A model generated the notes under the pieces. The model did no database searches and was not told the origin of the DNA. It saw only the letters and a list, made by a program, of their open reading frames with translations. A stretch of DNA of 63,648 nt, counting the filler, from Octopus bimaculoides (taxonomy: Eukaryota): the NCBI RefSeq assembly GCF_001194135.2. It is 8 parts of 8 records of this genome, joined end to end, with 100 filler letters (N's around TTAATTAATTAA, not from the genome) between each part and the next. Parts side by side here need not be neighbours in the genome. Positions count along the whole stretch, not along the records: positions 1 to 23,466 come from NC_069002.1; positions 23,567 to 34,183 come from NC_068981.1; 6 more parts are not named here. One strand, 5' to 3'. This document shows, piece after piece, positions 11,706 through 23,711 of this stretch. Position numbers and translations under genes: made by a program. Numbering within the stretch: position 1 is the stretch's first letter; every line of letters starts with the position of its first letter.

Positions 11706-13090
11706 GTGAGGGGGCTTTACTTATTCACAAATATGATTAATAAACAAAGCCGGTAACAATTTTATTCCATCAAGCTTTTACCTTTAATACAGTTTTTTCT
11801 TAAAAGAAACAAAAAAAGCTTTCCATGCAAAATACATTTTTTATTCAATTTTCAATACACTAGAAAGTCAAAACAGAAACCACTGCAGTACTGTGTGGTT
11901 TGAGAGCAATTCGGCTGCTATTTCTACTAGATCAGACAATCGTGTAGTGACACTTTTATAAGCTGGTGGAACTCGCGTTGTTGTTGCAGACATAAACAAG
12001 GCACAGTGTCTCAAGAAGGTATCAGTCTCCTTGCTTAATGATGGCAAGTTTCATGGGTTCAAATCTGCAGCAGAAACTTTTCTGTTTTCATGGGGTGAAA
12101 CACTTATTTCACACTGCCCTCTTGTTCGTTTAACCATTAGGTATTAAGTGCCAAATCATGTACAAAAGATACAATGGACTGAGGCCATATCCAGGAGGAT
12201 TTTTTTTTTTTTCTCACTTGCTTCACAACCAGAAACTGGAGTCTACACTACGCCCTCATAAACATTTCAGGGCTTTCACCACCAATATGAATCCCCAGGA
12301 CATTGCCATCAAGTCCTAGGACTCGTAGGACCAGCTTACCTGGTCTCCATGGCATATAAGTAACCAAAAGCACAATGCCCTCCCCTCATCCAGTTGTTCA
12401 TTTACAGCTAAGTGAACTGGAGTAATGTGAAATGAATTGTTTTGTTCAAGAACACAATGACCTACCTGGTCTGGGAATTGAAATCACTATCTTGCTATTA
12501 TGAAGGCAACACCCTAACTACAAGGCCACACACCTTCACACTTCAGGGTTTTGGGAGGTATTATATTTTGAGTCTTATCGTTGTCTTGTAGACCCTAGAT
12601 CAGCCCTGATCAAACAGACCCCTGATAAAGGGCATTCTGGCTATGGCTGTCCCCTCTTACATTTCAGGTATTATGTATATAGAGCTACAATATCCAATAC
12701 AAGTTCTTTCCTCCAAGGTGACATCTTTTGACTAAGGAAGACTTATCAGCCATGATAGAGAGTGAGTGAGTGAGTGAGTGAGTGAGTGAGTTAGTGAGTG
12801 AGTGAGTGAGTTAGTGAGTGAGTGTTTGTGTAAAAGTGTGAGATTATCTGTGAACGTTAACATTTTATCCAGAAGACAAACTTACATCTGCTTAATATAG
12901 CAATTGTAACTAACAACTGGGACTTGATAAATCTGCTGCTACACAGTAACCACGGGAACCGAAGTGGCATTGACATTTCACTTTATCTGCACACAAAACA
13001 CAGTCAGCAAGAGAGGTAACATCACCATCATCATCACCACCATCAACATCATTAACATCACCACTATCACCTTCACCATTATTGTAATGT

Positions 13091-13144
<54 letters not shown>

Positions 13145-14487
13145 CAGGTCTCTCTCAGTTTCCATCTACCAAATCCAGTCACAAGGCTTTGGTCAGCCTG
13201 GCACTATAGTACAAGACACTTGCCTAAGGTGCCATGCAGTAGGACTGAACTCGGAACCATGTGGCTGGTAAGCAAGCTACTTACCACAGAACCACTCCTG
13301 TGCCTATGTAAGCATTTTAAATAGATGAGTTTAACTCTTGATGCCAAGCCGCCCGTGATACAAAGTTCTTGTTTGAAAATGGTCTACATTAAAATCTTCC
13401 ATCCAACTTTCTTGTTAATTTATGCTCTAAGCACTAGCTTAAAACTGACCAAGTTATTTTACCAAATTCTTCATTTTTTTCTAGAATTAATTGAAACACA
13501 GTATATATATATCAACTGAAATATGGTAACAAAAGGTTTAAATGGTAATGCACCAGACTACAAAATGGTCTTCTTGCAGCATTTACTCCGCTTTTGTACC
13601 ATTCTCAATTACAATACCACCACCCAGAGTAGACTTCGACTTTCATCTCTACAGAATCAATAAAATATATTGATTCCATTGACTATAAATTGCTCCCATC
13701 AAAAAATGTGTGATGTTGTGCCAGAGGAAGAAATCAATACATTTTTACACACCACAAGAGGATACAATAACCCAAAAATACAAGAAAGAGATAAACACCA
13801 TGTGACGTATTGCGTCTACTATTATGTGTACACAGTACCGCATACACAGTACAGTGTATGCAGCCCAGTTTACCAGATACCAAACCCCTATTACAGACCA
13901 CTATTACCGTATTCAGTGGCATAAAAGACTCGCAGGCACATTAGATGCACCCCAATTTCAGCAGCACATATTCGGGAACAAATGGTTTTCATTAGTGCCT
14001 TAATATAAATATTGGTTCCAAATTTTGGCATGAGGCCAGCAAATTCAGGGGATGGGGCAAGTCGATTACATTGACCCCCCAATACTCAGCTGGTACTTAT
14101 TTTTATCGACCCCCCACCAAAAGGATAAAAAGCAAAGTTGGCCTCAGCAGCATTTGAACTCAGAACACTGAGACAGACGAAATGCCACTAAGCATTTTAT
14201 ACAGCATGCTAACAATTCTGCCAGCTGCCTTTAAAGAATGTAACATTGAAAGCAACTAAGGTGGTAAGTTGGCAGAAACATTAGCACACAAGACAAAAGG
14301 CTTAGCAGTATTTCAGCCGTCTTTACATTCAGGGTTCAAATGCCACCAAGGTAGACTTTAGGTTTCATACTTTCAGATGAGGCGGGGTCGATAAAATAAG
14401 TACCAATAGAGCACTGGGAGTCACTGTAATCAACTAACTGCCTCCCGCTAAAACTGCGGGCTTTGTACCAAAATTTTAGATCAGTAT

Positions 14488-15056
14488 TTAACCTTTTAGC
14501 ATCCAGATTACTCTGTCAAATGTAAAGGGAAAAGACCCTTTTCAGTCATGAACGACCATGGATTGCACCTAGAAAGTTCCCCCTCCAAGGTACAAGTCCA
14601 GGCAAGGTTTTTTTATGGAAGACCAGCAGTTGTCCATGCATACCAGCCTCCCCTCTCTGTGCCACTGATGCTATCCATGGGAAAGGCAAAGGCTGATACA
14701 GCTTGGCACCTGTGATGTTGCAACTCATTTCTACAGCTGAGTAAACTGGAGTAACGTGAAATAAAGTGTCTTGCTCAAGAACACAACACACAGCCCAGTC
14801 TGGGAATTGAACCCATTATTGTGAACCCAACGCTCTAACTATTGAGCTATGTGTCGTCTCTGTCAAACGTAAAGCTTATTTATTCACATTTGTCTTGAAT
14901 TAATCATACATCATCTCATAGCTTCAAGATTTCCATGATGTGATTATTTTTATGACATTGTAGGGTAGGTGTGAGAAGTCGTATTTGGCTAGTTTGAACA
15001 TAAAACAGATGGACTATTTGGGCTGCATCAGGCAGGTTTACATGGTGAAAAGTTAA
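14488..15056. mobile_element. piggyBac-type MITE (TTAA ends) split by a SINE insertion
   Basis: TTAA at 14488-91 and 15053-56. The body matches the intact copy at 33542-33769. The inserted SINE 14528-14857 is flanked by a 17-bp TSD ctctgtcaaa(t/c)gtaaag (14511-27, 14858-74). Confidence 0.7.
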
Positions 15057-15737
15057 AGCAAATTTGCATATAGGGGTAATCTTTTGAGACATTTTTGGGG
15101 GGCAGAAATGTGCATTTTGTATGCCTTGAAATACAGCAGCTTACAAACCTTTCAAAACAATAGACTTCTGTGAATCAGACTACTTACAAACACACACACA
15201 CACACACATACCTAAGTGGACCACCCTAAAATAAAATACATTACAAGAACTACACTTGAAAGTAAGCTTATTAAGTACCCATCTAATACGATACAAAGAA
15301 GCCTGCCAAAACAGTAACATAAACTTTGACCCAATTAAACAGAATCCTGACTTTGGCCAGTAACTGATGTGAAGCCGAGGTCAACGACACAAGTTTACAA
15401 ACAGATCAGATTCAAAACAACCTCTCCACACCACTACCACCACACAAACCCTAACCAATAAACAACTAACTGTATTCAGTTCTCTTCAAGCCAAGCTTAT
15501 TGGAATACTCCAAACGAAACTAGAGAAAATTATGCCCAGTTGCATCGGCAACTGCCCATACTATGCGCAAAGGAAACACATGAAGGCCATTGTAACCATA
15601 AAAGTATGCTGTATGGCATTGTAAAATAAAAGGAAATAAATTTTCAGGATGTACCCGTCTATATTCTGTATTGTTATAATTATTGCTTATATTAGGTTGT
15701 CTCATATGAAATGTATTTTAAATGGGTTTCTTATGAG

Positions 15738-15783
15738 TCATCTAACACCATTAGACTCATCTAACACCATTAGACTCATCTAA
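15738..15783. repeat. Short tandem repeat, 19-nt unit ttagactcatctaacacca (about 2.5 copies)
   Basis: Directly visible. Confidence 0.8.
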
Positions 15784-16062
15784 CTCTTTCTGAATCCTCT
15801 GCAGTTCTCAGATTGACACCGAAACACACTGAATTGTTCATATTGGAGCTTCCAGTGCAAATGCCAAGCAGTGCAGCATGTTGTTTCCAAATTTCTGGCA
15901 AAGTGAATTGCATCATGGTGCTGTTTTTCTCACAGACGGTGCCCAACTGCCCCTACCATACTGTGTAGTCAACAAAATCCAAAACAATGTGCATGCATGA
16001 AATTAAAAATATAAAATGGCAATTTACTCATCACACCCTCTCTGTGTGTATGTGTATGTGCG

Positions 16063-16103
<41 letters not shown>

Positions 16104-16186
16104 CAATATTTCCACAACCAGCCAAAACTGCCCAGAAACCACTGACATTAGTCTGTGAAGGTTTAACGAAGAACAGATTAACTCAC

Positions 16187-16282
16187 CTGTTAAAACATTT
16201 TTAGCTGAAGCATGAGCCAGGTCAAGAGGAGTCTTGCCATCTGTGTTTCTGATAGTAGGGTCAGCACCATGTTGAAGTAATA
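16187..16282 (-). CDS. TNKS: Internal 96-nt coding exon (phase 1-1) of tankyrase, ankyrin-repeat region: (V)[31 protein letters not shown](G)
   Basis: Acceptor gtttctattctatctttccag and donor ACAG|gtgagt. The translation closely matches the recalled tankyrase segment [33 protein letters not shown]. The neighbouring exons were not found in the window. Confidence 0.85.
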
Positions 16283-16358
16283 CTGGAAAGATAGAATAGA
16301 AACATATTAGATTTTACCGTTTATCAAACAGGACACAAAAAAACTCTCACAACATCAT

Positions 16359-16625
16359 GGTGCCACGTAAAAAAGCACCCGTTTTGGTGCCACGTAAAAA
16401 AGCACCTGTATTGGTGCTATGTAAAAGGCAGCCATGCTTGTGCCATGTATAAAGCACCCAGTAAGTTCTGTAAAGCGGTTGGTATTAGGAAGGGCATCCT
16501 TCCATAGAAACAATGCCAAAACAAACAACTGGAGCCTGGTGCAGCTCTCCGGCCACAGCCAGCTCTTGTCAAACTGTCCAACTCATGCTGGCACGGCAAA
16601 TGGATGTTGACGATGATGTTGATCT
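16359..16625 (+). mobile_element. RTE-type 3' tail with four tandem 27-nt hairpin units
   Basis: ggtgccacgtaaaaaagcacc at 16359 and 16386, degenerate units at 16413 and 16440, then ggtattaggaagggcatcc... and a (GAT)-like end. Confidence 0.6.
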
Positions 16626-17515
16626 ACCACAACATGAAGCTGTTCTAACAATTTCCCTTCAACCCTTCTCTCGTTTTGTTGCTCAAACTTTTGTTGGCAC
16701 TCATTCGCTTACGACGTCGAGGGTTCCAGTTGATCCGATCAACGGAACAGCCTGCTCGTGAAATTAACGTGCAAGTGGCTGAGCACTCCACAGACACGTG
16801 TACCCTTAACGTAGTTCTCGGGGATATTCAGCGTGACACAGTGTGACAAGGCCGGCCCTTTGAATTACAGGCACAACAGAAACAGGAAGAAANNNNNNNN
16901 NNNNNNNNNNNNNNNNNNNNNNNNNNNNNNNNNNNNNNNNNNGCAAGAAGTTAAAAAAATTTTTGGCCTAAGACACTACATGGACCCTAAGTAAGGCATG
17001 TGTTAATTTGGAATGAAATTGGTTGTGTAGTTCTCGAGTTTTAGAGATTCACACAGACACACATTCTCATCTTTATATATCTGATATTTATGAGCACATT
17101 CCAAAATTCCTGTGTTATGGACCCTGTAAAAAGGATTTTGCTCCTGGAAAATGGAGCTCATGGAGCTGAAAAATGTGGGAGTTAAGGCCCCTATTGGGGG
17201 TGGGGGTGTTAATGTCGACCAGAGAAGTTGAATTGTTCCATGTCTGCCTTGATCCAGCAGATTTTGATCAGATATATTCTAAACATGAACACTCTCACAT
17301 GTTTCTTATGAAATTAAAGGAACAGGAAATTATGCAATGAATTTCATTAGCTCACAGGTGTTTCTGCTGCAAGATGCAGTGCACACAGAGCTGAGTGCAT
17401 GTGCATTACTAAAGCTTCCATGGAGCTTCAAAAATCTGTACTTGAACAACATTTTATTCTGAAGCATATGTATACAGAGTTCTAACACCAGGATATTAGT
17501 ATCGCTATGCCCAGG

Positions 17516-17549
<34 letters not shown>

Positions 17550-17559
17550 NNNNNNNNNN

Positions 17560-17780
17560 TACAATGTAACCTCGTGGATATCGTTGGCGATTTTTTCTTC
17601 CTCCGTTTTTCCCGTCTTTGGACTTTCCTATGTTTCCGACGAAGAGCTCCGCTCGAAACATCAACTTCTCTTTCTTTCCTTTCCCGAGTGTCCAGTAACA
17701 CAATCTGTATCACGTCCTCACGTTGTTTTTTTGTCGTTTTCCTTTTTTGAACTTATACATACATACATATATATATATAC
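17560..17780 (+). mobile_element. Penelope-like pLTR fragment with a degenerate hammerhead motif (17631-17665)
   Basis: tgttt-CCGACGA-A-GAGC-tcc-GCTC-GAAA-catc-aac, with the fragment ending in a TA/TACA microsatellite. Confidence 0.45.
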
Positions 17781-18194
17781 AACTTAGTCTAGACTTCAAT
17801 ATGAACTTTATGGCTTTTTTCAAGATAGTAGGGTGAGATATGTTCCAACATAACCATCCCATCTCATACATCCTGTTTTTCAAGTTCACTGTAAAGCAAA
17901 ATATACGTACATACCTGCTAGTGATCACACAATACCAGGTTTGTATAATACCAAAATAAACACTATATACACTGGAAGAGAGCAAAACTTCTAATTAGTC
18001 ACACGATATCGTAGCTAAACCTCTCTCAATATACATTCTGCCTTCTTAAAAAGACGAAAGGGCATATCGAATAAAGGAAGTCCGAAAACTGTACCAGGTA
18101 TTTTCTGAGCTCTGGTTTTTTTAAGTTCTATGTGACTGTAACAGGAGTGTGTGTGTGTGTCATGTCAAGCTATACTGTGTGATTGTGTGAGGTA

Positions 18195-18395
18195 TACACG
18201 CTGGGGTGCTGAAAAGTTCCTGGCTTTAAAGGTATCGTGAAAGGCCTGGTTGGAGGCCTAAACTTCCAAGTTCTTTTACAGGGCTTAGAAAGACTGAGGG
18301 GTCACTGCAATAAGTGTGTGAATCTGAGAGGGAAACATGTTGAACAGAATCATAATTAACTGATCCTCCTCTATTTTCTTTTGCCCCCCTCGTAT
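18195..18395. mobile_element. Non-autonomous mariner-derived element
   Basis: Ends ggggtgctgaaaagttcc... and ...cccctcgta. Internal LRGHCNKCVNLRGKHVE* resembles a mariner transposase C-terminus. Confidence 0.55.
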
Positions 18396-18581
18396 GCTCT
18401 GACATTTTTTTAGGTCACTGTGATAGTAAGAGGTGTTCATGTTATAGATTGTGATAGTATGCAATAGGCTCTCTCACATGTTCAAGAACTTAAAAAGCAT
18501 TTAATAAACTGCATTTATCTTTTATTTGTTTCAGGCATCTGACTGCGGCCATGCTGGGGCACCGCCTTGAAGGGTTTAGTC

Positions 18582-19476
18582 CAGTGCTTCTCAACCATTT
18601 TATACCTATGGACCCCTTTCATTCCTATTTTACATGGGTGGACCCTCAGAGCCATTCCATATTTTTAAAATCTTGTATTTTTATAATTAAATATTCTTTT
18701 CTACTACAGACACAAGGCCTGAAATTTGTGGTGAGGAGTGGGGGGGGGGAGTCGATCGCATTGACCCCAGTATTTGACTGGTACTTAATTTATCAACCCC
18801 AAAAGAATGAATGACAAAGTCGACCTCAGTGGAATTTGAACTCAGAACATAAAGACAAGCGAAATACTGCTAAGCATTTTGCCCAGCATTCTAATGACTG
18901 TCCAAGCTCACCACCTTAAAATTAAATATTATTAGGTATTATATAAAACATTGTCAAAATATTTTGTGTATAGCAGAAGTATAAATCAATTTATTACTCT
19001 TTACTCTTTTACTTGTTTCAGTCATTTGAGTGTGGCCATGCTGGAGCACCACCTTTAGTCGAGCAAATCGACCCCCAGGATTTATTCTTTGTAACCCTAG
19101 TACTTATTCTATCAGTCTCTTTTGCCGACCCACTAATTTACAGGGACATAAACACACCAGCATCGGTTGCCAAGCGATGTTGGGGGGGACAAACACAGAC
19201 ACACAAACATACACACGTACATATATATATACATATATACGACGGGCTTCTTTCAGTTTCCGTCTACCAAATCCACTCATAGGACTTTGCTCGGCCCAAG
19301 GCTACAGTAGAAGACACTTGCCCAAGGTGCCATGCAGTGGGACTGAACCCGGAACCATGTGGTTGGTAAGCAAGCTACTTACCACACAGCCACTCCTACG
19401 CCTCATAGATAAATTTTAACAAATAAATCTTATATAAACCCCCAAGGGTCAAATGGACCCTGGTTAAGAACCCCTG
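18582..19476. mobile_element. hAT-type MITE inserted in a SINE and itself carrying two SINE insertions
   Basis: TIRs cagtgcttctcaacc / ggttaagaacccctg. Degenerate 8-bp TSD gtttagtc (18574-81) / gctcagtc (19477-84). A related end occurs at about 5065. Confidence 0.55.
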
Positions 19477-20009
19477 GCTCAGTCAAATCAATACCTGTAT
19501 TTTTTAAAGTCCGGTATTTATTCTGTTGGTCCCTTTTATCAAATCACAAAGTTACGAGGATGTAAACAAACCAACATTATACACACACACATACACACAC
19601 AGCAGATTTCCACACAGTTTCTATCTAACAAATTTACTAACAAGGTATTAGTCAACCCAGAGCTATATTAGAAAACACTTGCCTAATATGCCATACAGTG
19701 GGACTGAACCCGAAACCACAGGGTTGCAAAGCAGGCATCTTAACTACAGAGCCATGCCTGTACATATACTGTTGAACTTTAAAAGCCATGTGGTTGTTAG
19801 TGATGTGTGAGAGCTTGATGCTTGCATCCCATAAGCCTCATTTCCTCCATCTCCAGATCCACCATATTCAACTAGGAAAATATTAGGGCCTCAGTTTTTA
19901 TTGGGTTTTGATTGTTTGTTTTAATTTCTGGTCACTTGGTGAAGCAGGACTTGAGAAAACAGGGGTCATGTTTTTGTTTCGTTGTTTTTAGGTGTCTATG
20001 GTAGTTGTG

Positions 20010-20395
20010 AGTGGAGGCGCAATGGCCCAGTGGTTAGGGCAGTGGACTCACGATCATAGGATCACGGTTTCGATTCTCAGACCGGGTGTTGTGAGTGTTT
20101 ATTGAGCGAAAACACCCAAAGCTCCATGAGGCTCCGGCAGGGGATGGTGGTGAACCCTGCTGTACTCTTCCACCACAACTTTCTCTCACTCTTTCTTCCT
20201 GTTTCTGTTGTGCCTGTAATTCAAAGGGCCAGCCTTGTCACACTGTGTCATGCTGAATATCCCCGAGAACTACGTTAAGGGTACACGTGTCTGTGGAGTG
20301 CTCAGCCACTTGCACGTTAATTTAACGAGCAGGCTGTTCCGTTGATCGGATCAACTGGAACCCTCAACATCATAAGCAACGGAGTGCCAACACAC
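20010..20395 (+). mobile_element. Near full-length tRNA-derived SINE (body type 1, tail type 2)
   Basis: gtggaggcgcaatggcccagtggttagg head, gtttcgattctc B-box, tail ending ggagtgccaaca. Confidence 0.8.
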
Positions 20396-21118
20396 ACCAC
20401 TCACTTGGCTCTCCCACATTTGATTCCATGGAACACTCAGGAGGGGAGAATGAGAACACCCAGAAAGGGAGTGAAAAATTGGGAGGGAAGGGGATGTAGA
20501 GAGGGGGGAAAAGAGGACGAGAAAGAGTGAGAGAGAGAGCAGCACCAGTACTTGGTTGGTACTCACTTTCAACTAAACAACCAGGAGCAACTACTCAGAG
20601 ACAAATGCTATCTGGTCCGGAAATCAAACCAAACAGCACTAAGGCCTCAACCTTCACATTCCACTGAGCTATAATTAAATACCAACTGCCTATTAGAAAA
20701 AAAAAACAACTCATATCTCACTCACTCACTCTCTCTCTCTCTCTCTCTCTCTCCAGTTGTCACATCCTGGATATTCCACTGTGTTGAGGTGGGAATCGAG
20801 ATAGTGTCCTATGTCTGCTAGAAATTATAGAGGTACCTTAAACAGTTAGCGAAACTATGGCACATGTTTCCAAGCCATATTCCATCACAAGTGACAGCTG
20901 GTTGTACTTGAATTACTGCCAGGATATCACAAAAACTACTAAAACATAGGAGAAACTTCAATTGCTGCTATGGNNNNNNNNNNNNNNNNNNNNNNNNNNN
21001 NNNNNNNNNNNNNNNNNNNNNNNNNNNNNNNNNNNNNNNNNNNNNNNNNNNNNNNNNNNNNNNNNNNNNNNNNNNNNNNNNNNNNNNNNNNNNNNNNNNN
21101 NNNNNNNNNNNNNNNNNN

Positions 21119-23180
21119 TATATAATCAGCCAGTAGCTGAGTTTGGGTTCATTTCATCTATAGCCCTTATTACATCGTCTTCCTTTATATCGATGTAATC
21201 GATCATCACTGCCTCTGTTTATATATCTGTAGTGGTAAAAAAGTCAGTTGGATTGCTGACTTCCAAGTGTCCTAGGGGTGGAGTGAAAATACTTTTGAAT
21301 TGCTCATTTACTATTTCACTTATCCTCCTTGGGTTTCCTATGAGTGAACCATCTTTTTCAAGGAGTGGCCCTATTCTGCAGTGCACTCAAGCTGTTTCTT
21401 TGGCAAACTTGTAGAAGGCTCTGGGGTTAGATTTTATATTGTCTATAGCCCAGGCTTCTTTATCTGCCCTTTCTTTTTGATGGGAGAGTTGCAGATTTTT
21501 TCAATCTCCAGCAATTGTATTTTCAGGCAGGACTTTTCACTGCTTTCAATTTGTTTGTTTAGGCGGTTTGAAATTTTTGTATGCTGTCCCATAAGAATTT
21601 TCCTCTCCCTGGGGATTTTGTTCTTGTGTACAGTGGCCTTTCTCTCCAGGACACATTTGTAGCATATGGCTTGCATTACAGACATGAATTGTTGAAGTTT
21701 CATGTCGATGTCCAGTGAGGAGAGACACTTAGGCCAGTTTTGTTTGAAGATCTCTTTCTCAATTTGTTTCCAGTTTGTGTTATGGAAGTTCAAGCTGGAA
21801 AGATTTTGAGAATATCTTGTAGGCTATATGTCCATGGTTTCCTTTGGTCTGTACATGGTCAGCTCTACCACGTTGTGATCCGAGAGTAGCGTTGGTGTCA
21901 CTTTCACATTATGGATGAGATCCATATTATTTGTGAAGCAGAGATCCAGTATGTTACCTGCTCTGGTTGGTTGGCATACTATTTGTTCCATGTACAAAGT
22001 GTTGATGAGATTCAGGAGGGACTTCACCTGTCCTTGCTCACATTGTGCCATTCCTGGGGGAGAAAGGCCCTCAGGTCATCAGACATTGGGCAGATTGAAG
22101 TATCCCATAAGAAGTACACTAGAACTTCTATTTTTGTAAGGCAGTCTTCAAACTTCTCTGCGTGATTCAGAGCATCTGGAGGGCAACATGTAGTACATAT
22201 AACTACATTGAGTTGTTTTATATGTACAATTATTGTATCACATACTGAATTTGAATATGACAAAAGGACCCGGGGTGTGAGGTCTTAGCAGATGTACATA
22301 GCAACTCCACCATGACTCCTTTCTTTTCTGTCAGTCCGTAATACAACATACTGCGGTATGTGTATTTCTGCATTTGCTATATCTGGTTTCAAGTGTGTTT
22401 CCATAAGTGCTATGCATAAGGCTTGATTGCATGCAACAAGGTCTCTCAGGACGGGAACTTTTATCCTGTTACTAAGTGTTAACAGTCCTCTGATGTTCAG
22501 TAAGAGCACTAATGTGATGTCTGTTTTGTTGCCAGTGGTGTGCACCTTGGGTCTATTTGCTGAGGTGGTCTTGTGTATTGGGGATAGTCCTGTCTGTGAG
22601 ATCGATGTAGCCAGGTCAGTTGCTGTACAATCTTTTGTGCCATGCACAAAAAAGGTTGTTGTTCAGCAGCTGCCCTTTCAACATGTTGATAAGACTGGTT
22701 TGTAGCACGCACTGCATCTGTTTTGGGGCAGGGGGTGCATAGTCCTTTCCTTTTGGCAGGTGGTTTCCACCCTGTTTCATGTTTGTGTGGTGGGGTCTTT
22801 GCTGTGCAAAACGGTAGCTTGCACTTCCCTCACCATGCCAGCAGACACCTTTCAAGTAGAATTTGCACATTCGTGTGTGCTGTCTCTTTTTATCCTTTTT
22901 TTGTTATATGGGCAATCAGGTTTACTTCTTTCTTTGGTTGTTTCGTCTTTTGTTTTTGATCCTTTTAGTTGTTCTTTCTTGGCTTTTTCACCTCCACGGT
23001 TTTTCACTTTGATGGTGGTAGGGGCACTTGCACTCGGGTCTCTTGCTTAAATCTTCTTTGTTTTCTTGTATGTCTACCAAATGGGGGTAACATCTTTCAT
23101 CTACATCCGTGCCTCCATCCTTGTCATCTTTGTTGTGTTCAAGAGGGCCGATGTGGAATCGTATGAGAGTGCAGGAGCGA
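21119..23180 (-). mobile_element. Degenerate CR1/L2-group LINE 5' half: ORF1 with a CCCH-type zinc finger and the ORF2 apurinic endonuclease
   Basis: CKFYLKGVCWHG (ORF1-like). LLLNIRGL...IALMETHL...YVVLRTDRKERSHGGVAMYI (AP endonuclease motifs). LLNLINTLYMEQIVCQPTRAGNILDLCFTN...LSDHNVV. IKEDDVIRAIDEMNPNSATG just before the RT domain. Multiple frameshifts. Confidence 0.85.
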
Positions 23181-23429
23181 ATGTGTATATATGTGTGTGT
23201 ATATATGTGTGTATATATATGTGTGTATGTGTATATATATGTGTGTGTGTGTGTGTGTATTTATATGTGTGTATGTATATATATATATATGTATACATGT
23301 ATATATATATGTACATGTATATATATGTATACATGTATATATATGTATATGTATACATGTATATATATGTATGTGTATATATATATATATGTATACATAT
23401 ATATGTATATATATATACATGTATGTGTG

Positions 23430-23466
<37 letters not shown>

Positions 23467-23510
23467 NNNNNNNNNNNNNNNNNNNNNNNNNNNNNNNNNN
23501 NNNNNNNNNN

Positions 23511-23522
23511 TTAATTAATTAA
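23511..23522. other. Artificial six-frame-stop contig linker TTAATTAATTAA within a 100-nt N spacer; also at 34228, 44979, 49129, 55317, 60306 and 62495
   Basis: Identical 12-mer centred in N runs (44+12+44 nt where counted) at seven places. Confidence 0.9.
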
Positions 23523-23566
23523 NNNNNNNNNNNNNNNNNNNNNNNNNNNNNNNNNNNNNNNNNNNN

Positions 23567-23711
23567 TCCATATATAGAAGGTGGCTGACTGTTTTTCCAT
23601 AGCATTTGTAACCGCATCCAGTTCTATTTAGCAATTCTGTTAAAGGTGTGAGTGCCAGGCAGAACAGGAGTGGAGAGAGCGTGTCTCCCTGGAATATTAT
23701 TATTATTATTA

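Noticed and set aside
13670-13924. 84-aa + strand ORF and overlapping minus-strand ORFs in repeat-free sequence
   Set aside because: No recognisable motif and no consistent splice-site pair.
15470-15640. Open frames on both strands in unique-looking sequence
   Set aside because: All frames end in stops, there is no recognisable homology and the splice signals are weak.
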